From assembly GCA_046155365.1 (NCBI GenBank), contig JBJXFH010000198.1:337-64336 (forward strand): a stretch of 64,000 nt of DNA. Reading direction: 5' to 3'. Under the pieces are notes generated by a model, which was given only the letters and a program-made list of their open reading frames with translations, was not told the origin of the DNA and ran no database searches. This document shows, in pieces, positions 36,717-45,908 of the stretch. This DNA is from Acidimicrobiales bacterium (GTDB taxonomy: Bacteria; Actinomycetota; Acidimicrobiia; Acidimicrobiales; CAIXPF01). The translations under genes and the position numbers were made by a program. Position 1 is the first letter of the stretch, and each line of letters begins with the position of its first letter.

Positions 36717-38101
36717 CAGAACAGGTTCAGGTACTTGGCGCGTTCCCATTCGCTGACCTGCGCGTGGTACTCGTTCCATTCGTTGTTTTTCAGCTCGGCA
36801 TATTCCTTCACGAAGGTGGCGGGGAACACCTCGTGGGTCAACGGATCAGCCTCGAAGGCGTCAATGGCCTCCAGCAGATTGCGTGGTAGCCGCACGGCGT
36901 CGGTCTTGGTCGACCAGTCATAGGTGGCCCGCTCAACGGGGTCACCGGGATCGAGGCCCTCGGCAATGCCTTCCAGCCCGGCGGCCAGGATGAACGCCGC
37001 CGCCAGGTAGGTGTTGGAGGAGGAGTCCACGGCCCGGTTCTCCAACGCCGGGCGGTTGCGTGGCAGCCGGAGCATGCAACTACGGTTGTTGTCCCCATAG
37101 GCCGCCCAGATCGGCGCCCAAGAGATGGTGCCGTCGGAAAGGCGGGGTTGCAGCCGCTTGTAGGAGTTCACGGTGGGGGTGGCCACTGCGGCGATGGCCC
37201 GGGCGTGGCGCATGACCCCGGCGATGAACCCGTAGGTCAGCTTGGACCATCCGGTGGTGGCGCCGTGGTCCCGGAACAGGTTGGCGCCATTGTCCAGACT
37301 CTCCAGGCTCATGTTGAAGTGGTTCCCGGACCCCCATCCCTCGGTGTAGGGCTTGGGCATGAACGTCACCGCCAGGCCGTTCTGTTTGGCCACCTGTTTG
37401 GCCAGGAGCCGGAACAGGGTGATCTTGTCGGCCATGGCCAGGGCGTCGTCATAGGTGAAGTCAAACTCGAACTGCGCGTCGCCTCCCTCGTGATCGAAGC
37501 TGAACAGCCCGAACCCCAGTTCCTCCATGTATTTGGCCATGGGATCAAGGAATCGCAGCGCATCCAGGGTTGATTCGATGTCATAGGCCGGGGTGGGGTT
37601 GGCCTTGCCCGATGCCGCCATCGGCTCCAGATAGCCCTTGACCTCGCCCCTGCCGCCGAGCTCGGTGGCCACGGGGTCAAAGCAGTAGATCTCCGTTTCT
37701 ACACCGAGGTTGAACTTCCAGCCGGCATCAGCGACCCGGGCCAGTTGTTTCTTGAGGATGGTGCGGGGGCACAACGGCCAGTCGGTGGTGCCACCGAAGC
37801 GCAGATCGGCGGCCATCCAGGCGATGCGACGGTCCCACGGCAGGATCTTCAGCGAGGCCGGGTCCGGCAGCGCCACGCACTCGTCCTCGTTGGGCGTCAT
37901 CGATCCCAGATCGCCCATACCGCGTGGTGTGTAACGCTCCGAGCCGGCCAGCAGGTTGGGGAGGTGATCGATCGGCACCATCTTGGACTTGGACCGACCC
38001 TGGATGTCGATGAAGCCGCCCAGGCAATACTCCACGCCCTGTGCCTTGAGCGATGCGGCCAGGGCGCGGTGGTCCTCGGTTATGTCGTGCGTGGTATCCA
38101 T
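36716..38101 (-). CDS. glutamine-synthetase-like gamma-glutamyl-amine ligase (GlnA2-4/PuuA type)
   Basis: GS catalytic-domain motifs are present: FEFDFTYDDAL, AVTFMPKPYTEGWGSGNHFNMSL and NRSCMLRLP. Confidence 0.9.
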   Translation of the reverse strand: MDTTHDITEDHRALAASLKAQGVEYCLGGFIDIQGRSKSKMVPIDHLPNLLAGSERYTPRGMGDLGSMTPNEDECVALPDPASLKILPWDRRIAWMAADLRFGGTTDWPLCPRTILKKQLARVADAGWKFNLGVETEIYCFDPVATELGGRGEVKGYLEPMAASGKANPTPAYDIESTLDALRFLDPMAKYMEELGFGLFSFDHEGGDAQFEFDFTYDDALAMADKITLFRLLAKQVAKQNGLAVTFMPKPYTEGWGSGNHFNMSLESLDNGANLFRDHGATTGWSKLTYGFIAGVMRHARAIAAVATPTVNSYKRLQPRLSDGTISWAPIWAAYGDNNRSCMLRLPRNRPALENRAVDSSSNTYLAAAFILAAGLEGIAEGLDPGDPVERATYDWSTKTDAVRLPRNLLEAIDAFEADPLTHEVFPATFVKEYAELKNNEWNEYHAQVSEWERAKYLNLF

Positions 38102-38898
38102 GGTCCTCCTTGGGGTCCATAGGCGCCACCCAATGCGGGTGGTGGGGCGACGCCGAGCGGTGGTTCCTCCCGGCGGCCGCGTTCGATGAGATCCGCCAGT
38201 GCCGATACCGTGAGCTCCACCAGTTTGTGGCCCAACTCGGCGGTGGCTTCCGACGGCCGGCCGGTGACCCCGTTTCGGCTTAGCGATGCCGCCGTGTAGC
38301 GAAAGACCAACCCGGCGGTACGGTCGGGGTCATCGGCGGACTGCATGGCGGTGGTGTCAACCAACTGCGGTGCCAGGGCCAACATGAGGGCGGTCTCGGC
38401 CCGGTTGGCGTGCACGTCCTCGCCGTCAGCCACACACTCCGAGCTCACCGTGGGATCCAGGCCGTACCAGCTGACGTACGCCACCCGCAGATCCGGCCGG
38501 TGAAGGCGCAGATGGTCCGTCGCCATGGACAGCGCCGCCACGTTGTTGAGATGCGCGTTCAGGAAGATCAGCCGTCGCAACCCGCTGGTGGCAGCCCAGG
38601 CGGCAACCTGCGCCACGGTGGCGGCCAGTAACTCCGGCGGAAAGGACAGCGTGCCCGGCAGGCTGGTGCCGTGGCCGTAGCTGGCCCCGAACGTCAGCGC
38701 CGGAAGGACCGGGCATCCGGCCCGCTCGGCGGTCAGCTCGCACAGCCGTTCGGCGATGATGGTGTCCGTTCCCGATGGCAGATGCGGGCCGTGCTGTTCG
38801 ATGGCGCCCACCGGCACCAACCCCACTTCTCTGCCCCCGTGGCGCTGGTGGTAGTCCAGCGCCGGGGAGGGGAGGTCAAACCATCGCTCGAAGGGCAC
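38080..38898 (-). CDS. creatininase-family amidohydrolase
   Basis: VPVGAIEQHGPHLPSGTDTII is the metal-binding signature of the creatininase/MftE family. The gene overlaps the GS-like gene by 22 nt. Confidence 0.8.
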   Translation of the reverse strand: MPFERWFDLPSPALDYHQRHGGREVGLVPVGAIEQHGPHLPSGTDTIIAERLCELTAERAGCPVLPALTFGASYGHGTSLPGTLSFPPELLAATVAQVAAWAATSGLRRLIFLNAHLNNVAALSMATDHLRLHRPDLRVAYVSWYGLDPTVSSECVADGEDVHANRAETALMLALAPQLVDTTAMQSADDPDRTAGLVFRYTAASLSRNGVTGRPSEATAELGHKLVELTVSALADLIERGRREEPPLGVAPPPALGGAYGPQGGPWIPRTT

Positions 38899-39007
38899 CG
38901 GTGATGTCTACGGGATTTCGATTTCGTATCCGTTTCCCTGAGGTGCTGGTTCGTGAACGGCATCTGACCACAATCTGTCAACGTTCCGGGGTTGCTACGG
39001 TGACCTG

Positions 39008-39769
39008 ATGAACGCATCGTCCAGACGGGTGGGAAGGCCCCGGGTGAACCCGCTGCCCCGTGATCAGTCGCCGCGGGAGGAGGTGGTGGCGGTGGCCAGC
39101 CGCATGTTTGCGCTGCACGGGTTCGCGGCGGTGAAGATGAGCGAGATCGCCGCTAGCTCCGGATTGCGTCAGTCTTCGATCTACTATTACTTTAATAATA
39201 AAGAAGAGATCCTGGCGGAGATCGTGGGTGAAGTGAACCGGTTGGGCCTGGAGCGGCTGCTGCAGGTCAATTCCCAAGGGGAAAGCGCGGGTCTGCGGCT
39301 GTTCCGGACGCTGCGGTTCGATGCGGAGATGTTGTGCCGGCTGCCCTATGACGTCAATGAGATCCTGCGGATGACCGCGCTGCAAGAGGAGCGATTCTCC
39401 CGCTACTGGAGCGATCGGCAGGACCTGAATGACGGGGTGGAGGCGTTGGTGGCCGAGGGCATCGCCGCCGGGGAGTTCCTTGAGCTTGACGCCCGTCTGG
39501 CGGCCCTCACGCTGCTGTCCAACGATGAGGCGGTGCAGAACTGGTACCGACCTCTGGGGACGCATCGGTTGCAGGGGGACTACCAACCGCACGAGATCGG
39601 TGCCTTCCTGGCCACCATGGCGTTGCAGGCGTTGCTGGCCGATCGGCGGCGGTTGCCGCTCATCCGGCGCCTGGCGGACCGCCTCGACGCGGACCTCGAC
39701 ACTGACCTCGACACTGACCTCGATGAGCGCTCAGCCGGTGCGCTCCTCCAGCGCCCACAACAGCCCTGA
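39008..39769 (+). CDS. TetR-family transcriptional regulator
   Basis: N-terminal HTH: FALHGFAAVKMSEIAASSGLRQSSIYYYFNNKEEIL. It is divergent from the creatininase operon. The acidic repeat tail reads DADLDTDLDTDLDE. Confidence 0.85.
   Translation: MNASSRRVGRPRVNPLPRDQSPREEVVAVASRMFALHGFAAVKMSEIAASSGLRQSSIYYYFNNKEEILAEIVGEVNRLGLERLLQVNSQGESAGLRLFRTLRFDAEMLCRLPYDVNEILRMTALQEERFSRYWSDRQDLNDGVEALVAEGIAAGEFLELDARLAALTLLSNDEAVQNWYRPLGTHRLQGDYQPHEIGAFLATMALQALLADRRRLPLIRRLADRLDADLDTDLDTDLDERSAGALLQRPQQP
39677..39727 (+). repeat. in-frame 12-bp tandem repeat (GACCTCGACACT-like) in the TetR 3' end
   Basis: The tract gaccgcctcgacgcg / gacctcgacact / gacctcgacact / gacctcgatgag encodes (D-L-D-T)n. Confidence 0.85.
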
Positions 39770-39976
39770 CCACGCCACCGACACGCCGGGCCCGTGATCG
39801 GCGGCCACCTCATGGGGTGGAGCAGCCGGCAACGCCGCCGCCTCTGGTCCCAGCAGCAGGCCGTCGTGCCAGCTTCCGTTGATCAGTTGGCGGTAGGCGG
39901 CATGATAGTGGCCACTGTGGGCCCTGCTGTCCCGCACGGTCAGGCAATGGGGTCCCACCCGCACCAGGCGGGCCTG

Positions 39977-40372
39977 TCAGTCCAACGTCCGCATCGACAG
40001 CCGTGGGGTGGTGGCCCCAGCCTCCCGTCGCCATACCTCAACGTATGGTGTGGGCTGACCGCCGAAGGTGAAGATCCCGGTTTCGATGAGGTCCTCGCCG
40101 TCCCAGGTGATCGAGCCCTCATCGGCTTCGATCACCTGATGCAGGTCCAGGTCCCGATGCCAGCACAGCGCGGTCCCGTCCCAGGTGGTGACCCCGGCAA
40201 AGGACAACGGGGCCGACATCGGCTGGGGGTCGGTGTCCTCAAGCGGCACCCGCATATCGGCAAAGCCCTCGCCGGCTTGCAGCCACAGCACATGTTGGGT
40301 TTCTGTCGGTGGGCCGCCATCGAGGGCCAGGGATCGGCGGCGCCACAACCCCACGAAACGCTCCGGTATCAC
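39977..40372 (-). CDS. hypothetical 131-aa protein, translationally coupled to the Rieske oxygenase (beta-barrel/lipocalin-like?)
   Basis: ATGA overlap with the upstream oxygenase gene. The composition is coding-like (FVGLWRRRSLALDGG...VLWLQAGEGFADMRVP...). I recognise no named motif. Confidence 0.5.
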   Translation of the reverse strand: MIPERFVGLWRRRSLALDGGPPTETQHVLWLQAGEGFADMRVPLEDTDPQPMSAPLSFAGVTTWDGTALCWHRDLDLHQVIEADEGSITWDGEDLIETGIFTFGGQPTPYVEVWRREAGATTPRLSMRTLD

Positions 40373-41469
40373 GCCAGGTGGCCCAACAGCAGTCGGTGGA
40401 ACTGCGTGATCGGTGCTTCGTGGGCGCTGGCCAATGGCCCCACCTCGAAGCGGGGGGAGCGCAACACCCGCTGGATGCGTTCCACCGCGCTGCCGTCCTC
40501 GTCCCGCAAAACCGCCAACAACATGGCCTCCGCTTCCTCATCGAAGCGCGAACCTGGCTCGGCCTTCACCCTGATGTCCAGCACGCTGGTGATGGGCCCG
40601 GTGGGTACCACCTGGAAGGTCAGCCACATGTTCTCCGAGGAGGATGTGGGCACGTTCGGGAAGATCAGGTTGGCCCGCAGCACCTCTCGCTCCTCGTCAG
40701 GTAGGTGGCCGATGGGCAACATGGCGCTGCCCTGCTGGGGGTCCTGGTGGGCCCGCAGGCGTTCCTCGGACACCCAGTGAGGACCCACCCAGGTGTGGTC
40801 GAACTGCGCGTGGTCGTACATGCCCAGGGATTGCTCGTGCAGGTACCACAGGTGCAGCACGTCAACGTGGTTTTCGATGTACAGCTTCCAGTTGCACGCC
40901 AGCGGTACCTGGATGCGGGCCACCTGGGGAAGCTCGTCGGGCTGAAACGGACCGATGCGGTTGGGGTACGCACCCAACCACTGCGACAGTGGCGCCGCGC
41001 CCGGGTCCGGATGCACGAAGATCAGCCCGGCCCACACCGCCACCGATACCGCCAGCAAACCCCACTGCGCAGGGTCCACCTCAGCGAACTGGGCGCTGCG
41101 CTGAGGGATCCGAACCAGCGTCCCGTCTTCGGCTGCGAACTCCCACCCGTGGTACGGGCAGCGCACGGTGCCCCCTGGCGCCTGGGCTCCGCCGTCGCTC
41201 AACCGCCCGGGGCCGCACGCCAGCGCCATACCCCGGTGGCGGCACATGTTCAGGTAGCCGCGGATCTCACCATCAGCGGCTCGAACCAACAGGACGGGCT
41301 CCGGACCCACCTGCACCGGGAGCACGTCCCCGGCATGGGGCAGGTCCTCCACTGCCGCCACCAGGTTCCAGATTTTGCCGAACAGCAGCCGCTGCTCGCG
41401 CTCATACCATCCGGTATCGAAATAGGCCTCCTTGGGCAGCAGGAAGGTTGCCGGTTCGGCCAGCGTCAT
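40369..41469 (-). CDS. Rieske [2Fe-2S] non-heme-iron oxygenase, alpha subunit
   Basis: Rieske motif CRHRGMALA...CPYHGWEF. Mononuclear-iron motif NWKLYIENHVDVLHLWYLH. Confidence 0.85.
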   Translation of the reverse strand: MTLAEPATFLLPKEAYFDTGWYEREQRLLFGKIWNLVAAVEDLPHAGDVLPVQVGPEPVLLVRAADGEIRGYLNMCRHRGMALACGPGRLSDGGAQAPGGTVRCPYHGWEFAAEDGTLVRIPQRSAQFAEVDPAQWGLLAVSVAVWAGLIFVHPDPGAAPLSQWLGAYPNRIGPFQPDELPQVARIQVPLACNWKLYIENHVDVLHLWYLHEQSLGMYDHAQFDHTWVGPHWVSEERLRAHQDPQQGSAMLPIGHLPDEEREVLRANLIFPNVPTSSSENMWLTFQVVPTGPITSVLDIRVKAEPGSRFDEEAEAMLLAVLRDEDGSAVERIQRVLRSPRFEVGPLASAHEAPITQFHRLLLGHLA

Positions 41470-42590
41470 GGCGTTAGGTCTCCCAGGATGGTCAGCAGGT
41501 GGTGTTGGAAGGTGGTGATGGGCGCCTCGTGTGCACTGGCCAACGGACCCACGGCGAAGCGGGGTGAGGACAATGCTCGTTGGGTTTGCTCGCAGGCGAA
41601 GACGTCCTCGTCGATGAAGGCCCGGGCGGCCGAAACCAACGCCTCGGGGTCCGCGTCGGGCTCGGCCCGCACCCGGAGATCGATCACCGAGCGGTCCGGG
41701 GCCAACGGGGTGACGGCGTAGGAAATCCAGAAGTCCGCCGCGGAGGCGAACAGGATGTTGGGAAACAGCATATGGGCCCCGATGCCGTCACGATCGCGCT
41801 GCTCGATGTGACCGATGTGACCGATGTGGTCCTGTCGCCCGTGCCGCGACTGCCGCGCCTCAAGCACGGAGGCCTTCAACGGCTCGTAGCTGGCCCAGTG
41901 TGGTCCCACGTGATGATGCTCGAAGCGGGGATGATCGAACGCGCCCAGGGTTCCGTCGTGGAGATACCACAGGTGCAACACGTCGATGTGGTTCTCCACG
42001 AACAATTTCCAGTTGAACCGACCCTCGATGCGCACCCGGGCCCGCTGAGTGAGCAGTTCCGGGCGGTAGCTGCCCACCTTGTCGAACAGGTCGCCGGCAA
42101 ACTCGCTGAACGGGGCCGCCTCGGGGTCGGGGTGGGCGAAGATCATGCCGCCCCATTGCCCCACCGAGGCTGCGCGCAGACCCCAGCATCCGGTGTCGAT
42201 TCCTGCGAACTGCTCCGCTCGCTGCGGGACCTGCACCAAGGTGCCGTCCTCCAACCCGTAGCGCCATCCGTGGTAGCCGCAGCGGATCGAGCCCTCCAGT
42301 CGACCAGACCCGCTGACCAGCGCCATCCCTCGGTGTCGGCACAGATTGTGGAACGCCCGCAGGCCATTCTGCTCGGTACGCACCACCATCAGCGGGCAGC
42401 GGCCCACCACGGCCTCCACGTAGTCGCCGGGAACCGCCAGCTCTTCTGCCGCCGCCACCAGCGCCCAGGACCGGTCGAACAACGTGGCTTGCTCGTGTTC
42501 GAGCCAGCTCGCATCCAGATAGGCGCGGGGCGGGACCAAGAAGCGGGCCGGGCCCGGGGCGGCGTCGGTGGCCGGGTTTCGAGGAGGCAT
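41466..42590 (-). CDS. Rieske [2Fe-2S] non-heme-iron oxygenase, alpha subunit (paralog)
   Basis: CRHRGMALV...CGYHGWRY and NWKLFVENHIDVLHLWYLH are present. ATGA overlap with the downstream paralog. Confidence 0.85.
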   Translation of the reverse strand: MPPRNPATDAAPGPARFLVPPRAYLDASWLEHEQATLFDRSWALVAAAEELAVPGDYVEAVVGRCPLMVVRTEQNGLRAFHNLCRHRGMALVSGSGRLEGSIRCGYHGWRYGLEDGTLVQVPQRAEQFAGIDTGCWGLRAASVGQWGGMIFAHPDPEAAPFSEFAGDLFDKVGSYRPELLTQRARVRIEGRFNWKLFVENHIDVLHLWYLHDGTLGAFDHPRFEHHHVGPHWASYEPLKASVLEARQSRHGRQDHIGHIGHIEQRDRDGIGAHMLFPNILFASAADFWISYAVTPLAPDRSVIDLRVRAEPDADPEALVSAARAFIDEDVFACEQTQRALSSPRFAVGPLASAHEAPITTFQHHLLTILGDLTP

Positions 42591-42715
42591 CGAAACGAAT
42601 GCTCCCCTGTGAGGAGGCGTCGGGTCAAGGTAGTCAAGGAGATGTTCACCTGGGGGAAACGAACGGCCGGCTGGTTGGCTGGGACCGCTGGCAGGAATGT
42701 GCCACAGTGCCGGGC

Positions 42716-43486
42716 ATGCTTGCGGTCGCAGAACGTTGGTTCGAACGCCATACCGTGTCGGACGGGCTCACCTTGTTGGTGGAACCTCACGTGGATCCGT
42801 TGATCCGCTGCAACATCTGGCACCTGCGCGGCGCTCACGGTGACCTGCTGATCGACAGCGGTCTGGGCATCATGAGCCTCCGCCGCGCTGCTGAGGACCT
42901 GTTCGGAGGTTCGGTGGTGGCGGTGGCCACCCATAGCCATTACGACCACATGGGCGGTTTCGCGGAGTTCGACCAGCGGGTGGCCCATCCTGCCGAGGCG
43001 TCCACGTTTGAGGCCGGTACCCCGGGGGCACCGCTGCGGCGGGCCGATTTTGACCCCCAGCTGCTGGTGGGCATCGAGAAGGGGTACCCCTTGGGGGAGC
43101 TGCTGATCACCGCCATGCCCTACGCCGGCTTCGATCCGGCCCACTTTGATCAGCCGCCGGCGGCACCCACGAGGTTGGTCCAAGACGGCGACGTGATCGA
43201 TCTGGGCGATCGGGCGTTCGAGGTGCTGCACCTTCCCGGGCACTCGCCGGGCTCCATCGGGTTGTGGGAACCAGCCACCGGCACGTTGTTTTCCGGCGAC
43301 GCGGTGTACGACGGGCCGTTGTTGGACGAGGTACCCGGCGCTGACATTCAGGCCTACGTGCGGACCATGCGCCGGCTGCGGGAGTTACCGGTGGCGGTGG
43401 TGCACGCCGGGCATGATCCCAGCTTTGACCGTCGGCGGCTGATCGAACTGTGCGATGGCTACCTGGCCCGCCGGGATGCTGCGTGA
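42716..43486 (+). CDS. MBL-fold metallo-hydrolase
   Basis: The HSHYDHMGG (HxHxDH) motif and later HLPGHSPG and HAGHD are present. The ATG at 42716 is preferred over the ORF opening at 42599. Confidence 0.8.
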   Translation: MLAVAERWFERHTVSDGLTLLVEPHVDPLIRCNIWHLRGAHGDLLIDSGLGIMSLRRAAEDLFGGSVVAVATHSHYDHMGGFAEFDQRVAHPAEASTFEAGTPGAPLRRADFDPQLLVGIEKGYPLGELLITAMPYAGFDPAHFDQPPAAPTRLVQDGDVIDLGDRAFEVLHLPGHSPGSIGLWEPATGTLFSGDAVYDGPLLDEVPGADIQAYVRTMRRLRELPVAVVHAGHDPSFDRRRLIELCDGYLARRDAA

Positions 43487-43667
43487 ACGTGGTCAGGCTC
43501 GCCGGTGCTGGCTGATGATCGCTTCCACCCGAGAAAGGCAGGAGAGGTCCGTGACCGCCGTCAGCGTCAGCGCTCGTGTGATCATCTTTTTCCAGAGCCA
43601 CCGGCCTGACCACGGCAGGATCGCTATGGAGGCCATCACGCCGCGAACGTCCACCTCCTGAGCGAGC

Positions 43668-44630
43668 TCAAGCCCGGGCCAGATCTCGTGGGGCGTCGAT
43701 TCCGCCAGCAGCGCCGCTCACCTGGTCCTCCGCTTGGCGCGCCGCCACCCGTCGGGCTGCCCTGGCGCTTCTGGTCATCCGTTTCAGCAGGCGATCCCGT
43801 GCTACTTCGGCGTCGGGGTCCAATCCGTTGAGGTGCTCGAGACGCCATTGGCGAAGCACCAACGGCACCAGGATCTGCTCATGGTGCAAGCTGAGGTCGT
43901 AGATGCCGGCCCTGGCAATGGCCCGGGCATGATGCGCGAAATCAGGAATGCCACCGCCGGGCATCTTGAACGTGGTCACCTGGCGATGCAACGCCATCAC
44001 CATGGCGCTGGGGTCTATCTCAAAGGCGGCGGTGGCCAGGTCCCGGTAGAAGAGGTGGTGCAGGTTTTCGTCGGTGGCCACTCTTCGCATCACCGCGGCT
44101 CCCACCGGATCGGTGAGAAGTCGGCCGGTGTTCCCATGGGCAATGCGGGTGGCCAGCTCCTGCATCGCCAGATAGATGAACCCGTCAGCCACACTGTCCA
44201 GTATCGGGGTATCGCCGCTTGAGACCTGCACCATCCGGGATCGTTCCAGCGCCACCGGGTCAACCGCTCTGGTGGTCATCAAGTAGCCGTAGATCACCAT
44301 GGCGTGGCGGCCTTCCTCTGCCGTCCACCGACGGGCCCAAGCCCCCCAGATCCCGCCGGCACCGAACAGTTGCTCCACCGTCCTGAAATAGAAAGGAAGG
44401 TTGTCCTCCGTGAGCAGGTTGACCATGAGCGCACTGCGAACCGCGTCGCTGAGCGCCACATCGCCGAGGTCAGCATCGGCCTCCGCCCACGCCGCGGTGG
44501 GATCGAAATCCTGTCCGCGGCCGTAGGGCACGAAGTGATGGGGAAACCACTCTTTGGCGGCTTGGTCGTGCCGTTCAAACAACCCCTCTGCAACCGGGCC
44601 AAGCTCCGCGAGCAATGCGACATCATCCAT
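43668..44630 (-). CDS. acyl-ACP desaturase (soluble di-iron, DesA1/DesA2-like)
   Basis: NLLTEDNLPFYF, WTAEEGRHAMVI and QELATRIAHGN are di-iron ExxH motifs. Confidence 0.85.
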   Translation of the reverse strand: MDDVALLAELGPVAEGLFERHDQAAKEWFPHHFVPYGRGQDFDPTAAWAEADADLGDVALSDAVRSALMVNLLTEDNLPFYFRTVEQLFGAGGIWGAWARRWTAEEGRHAMVIYGYLMTTRAVDPVALERSRMVQVSSGDTPILDSVADGFIYLAMQELATRIAHGNTGRLLTDPVGAAVMRRVATDENLHHLFYRDLATAAFEIDPSAMVMALHRQVTTFKMPGGGIPDFAHHARAIARAGIYDLSLHHEQILVPLVLRQWRLEHLNGLDPDAEVARDRLLKRMTRSARAARRVAARQAEDQVSGAAGGIDAPRDLARA

Positions 44631-44741
44631 CTCGTGGTACTACCCATCTGGTTCCGCTCCTTAAGCGAGGGCCGCTTGACCGCTGTGCCTCTCGCCCCGA
44701 GCATCCATCTCACAGAGAGGAATTTCCGGTGCGATCAGTGA

Positions 44742-45185
44742 TCAGACCGAGTTTGCCGTTGCCCCTGCCCGGCTCACGACGTGGGTCACTGGCAGAGTGG
44801 TGTTACGCCGTATTCGGTTTGGAGCGTCGAGGCGGATCCAACGGGACATGGCGTGGGGCAAGGTGGACACGATGACCCCGTCGAAGGCCTTGGGCCCGTC
44901 GCGACGCAACACGTCGAGCACGGCGTAGACCGGGTTGGCGTCTCCGACCTCGCCACTCACTGGCAGTCCCTCGGCCAGAAATCGCAGCAGTGCGTTGTCG
45001 AGGTTGTGGGCGGCTGCGGTACGCGCTCTTCCCTCGGTCCAGCTGAGGCCCTGCCCGTCATGGGTCGGCGGGACCACCAGGTGAAAGAGGCACGGATTTT
45101 CGTTGAACCGCTCCCGCATGACCTCCAAGAGCTCGGCAGCCTCCAAGGTCTGATGGGCGACAACGAGATACTGGCGCATGGTCAA
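44742..45185 (-). CDS. small conserved hypothetical protein (USP/Rossmann-like fold?), paralog A
   Basis: AAGGAG RBS. RQYLVVAHQTL...FHLVVPPT...DGVIVSTLPHAMSRWIRLDAPNRI is alignable with the next gene. Confidence 0.6.
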   Translation of the reverse strand: MTMRQYLVVAHQTLEAAELLEVMRERFNENPCLFHLVVPPTHDGQGLSWTEGRARTAAAHNLDNALLRFLAEGLPVSGEVGDANPVYAVLDVLRRDGPKAFDGVIVSTLPHAMSRWIRLDAPNRIRRNTTLPVTHVVSRAGATANSV

Positions 45186-45209
45186 CTCCTTTCGGGGATC
45201 AGTGACCCG

Positions 45210-45767
45210 TCAGTGGGTGACCATCGGGTCCATGTCATGGTGGTGCACGTTGGGGCGACGGAGATTGCGAAGGGCGTCCGGGGGAACCGCGATGTGCACC
45301 GTGATCGGATCATCGTTATCGCCGTGGCTCTCGAGCCATTCCACGGGAAGCTTGAACTCCCGTACCACCCGGTGTGGAAGGTCCATGCGAAGCCATCGCG
45401 AGATGGGCCGAGGGAGGGTCGAGATGATGATGCCGGTGAAATGCCCAGTGGCCAGTTGCTCCTCGATGGCTTCCATAGGGTCCGCCGGGCCCACGTTGCC
45501 GGTCGCGGTGACCCCCGCTGCCGCCAATCGCTCGAGCTCTCGGTCAAGCCGATGTTGCGCGATCCGCTCCGGCGTGTGTCCCTGTAGGTCATAGCGGTCG
45601 ATCTCGCTGGCGGGAACGGTGACGTGCACCGAGGCGCCCTCACGGACGTGGTCGACGACCGTGTCGATCAGGTGGCGCCCGCCCAGGGTCTGGTTGGCCA
45701 CCACGAGATATCGGCGCGCGGTCAGCGGAGGTTGATGCTCGTTCGTTACGCCCGATTCCTCCGGCAC
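45210..45767 (-). CDS. small conserved hypothetical protein, paralog B (start uncertain)
   Basis: RRYLVVANQTLGG...VHVTVPAS...TGIIISTLPRPISRWLRMDLPHRV is present. The candidate GTG at 45767 is preceded by no clear RBS. The ORF opens at 46043. Confidence 0.5.
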   Translation of the reverse strand: MPEESGVTNEHQPPLTARRYLVVANQTLGGRHLIDTVVDHVREGASVHVTVPASEIDRYDLQGHTPERIAQHRLDRELERLAAAGVTATGNVGPADPMEAIEEQLATGHFTGIIISTLPRPISRWLRMDLPHRVVREFKLPVEWLESHGDNDDPITVHIAVPPDALRNLRRPNVHHHDMDPMVTH

Positions 45768-45908
45768 AATTGGCCCCCCAATCCGAGACGGCCCCGATGG
45801 TAGATCGGAGCAAAGTACGCCGCCGGGGTGTGACCGAACGTGTGACAAAGCGGGTGACATCGTGATCGTGGTGTGGATCTTGGTCCGGCACGGCGCGAGA
45901 GTGGGGCG

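Noticed and set aside
38909-38991. TetR operator in the TetR/creatininase spacer (tandem ATTTCG ATTTCG; GAACG-N21-CGTTC enclosing TGAC-N8-GTCA).
   Set aside because: Only 4-5-bp arms pair, which is easily explained by chance. I kept it as a place to look experimentally but not as a supported feature.
39731-39976. TGA read-through, selenocysteine, or a pseudogene extension of the 131-aa ORF. The 77-aa ORF 39731-39964 is in the same frame directly after the stop at 39977-39979.
   Set aside because: The downstream translation has no recognisable features. It would overlap the convergent TetR 3' end by 39 bp. I see no SECIS-like hairpin immediately after the TGA. Open frames of this length arise by chance at this GC content.
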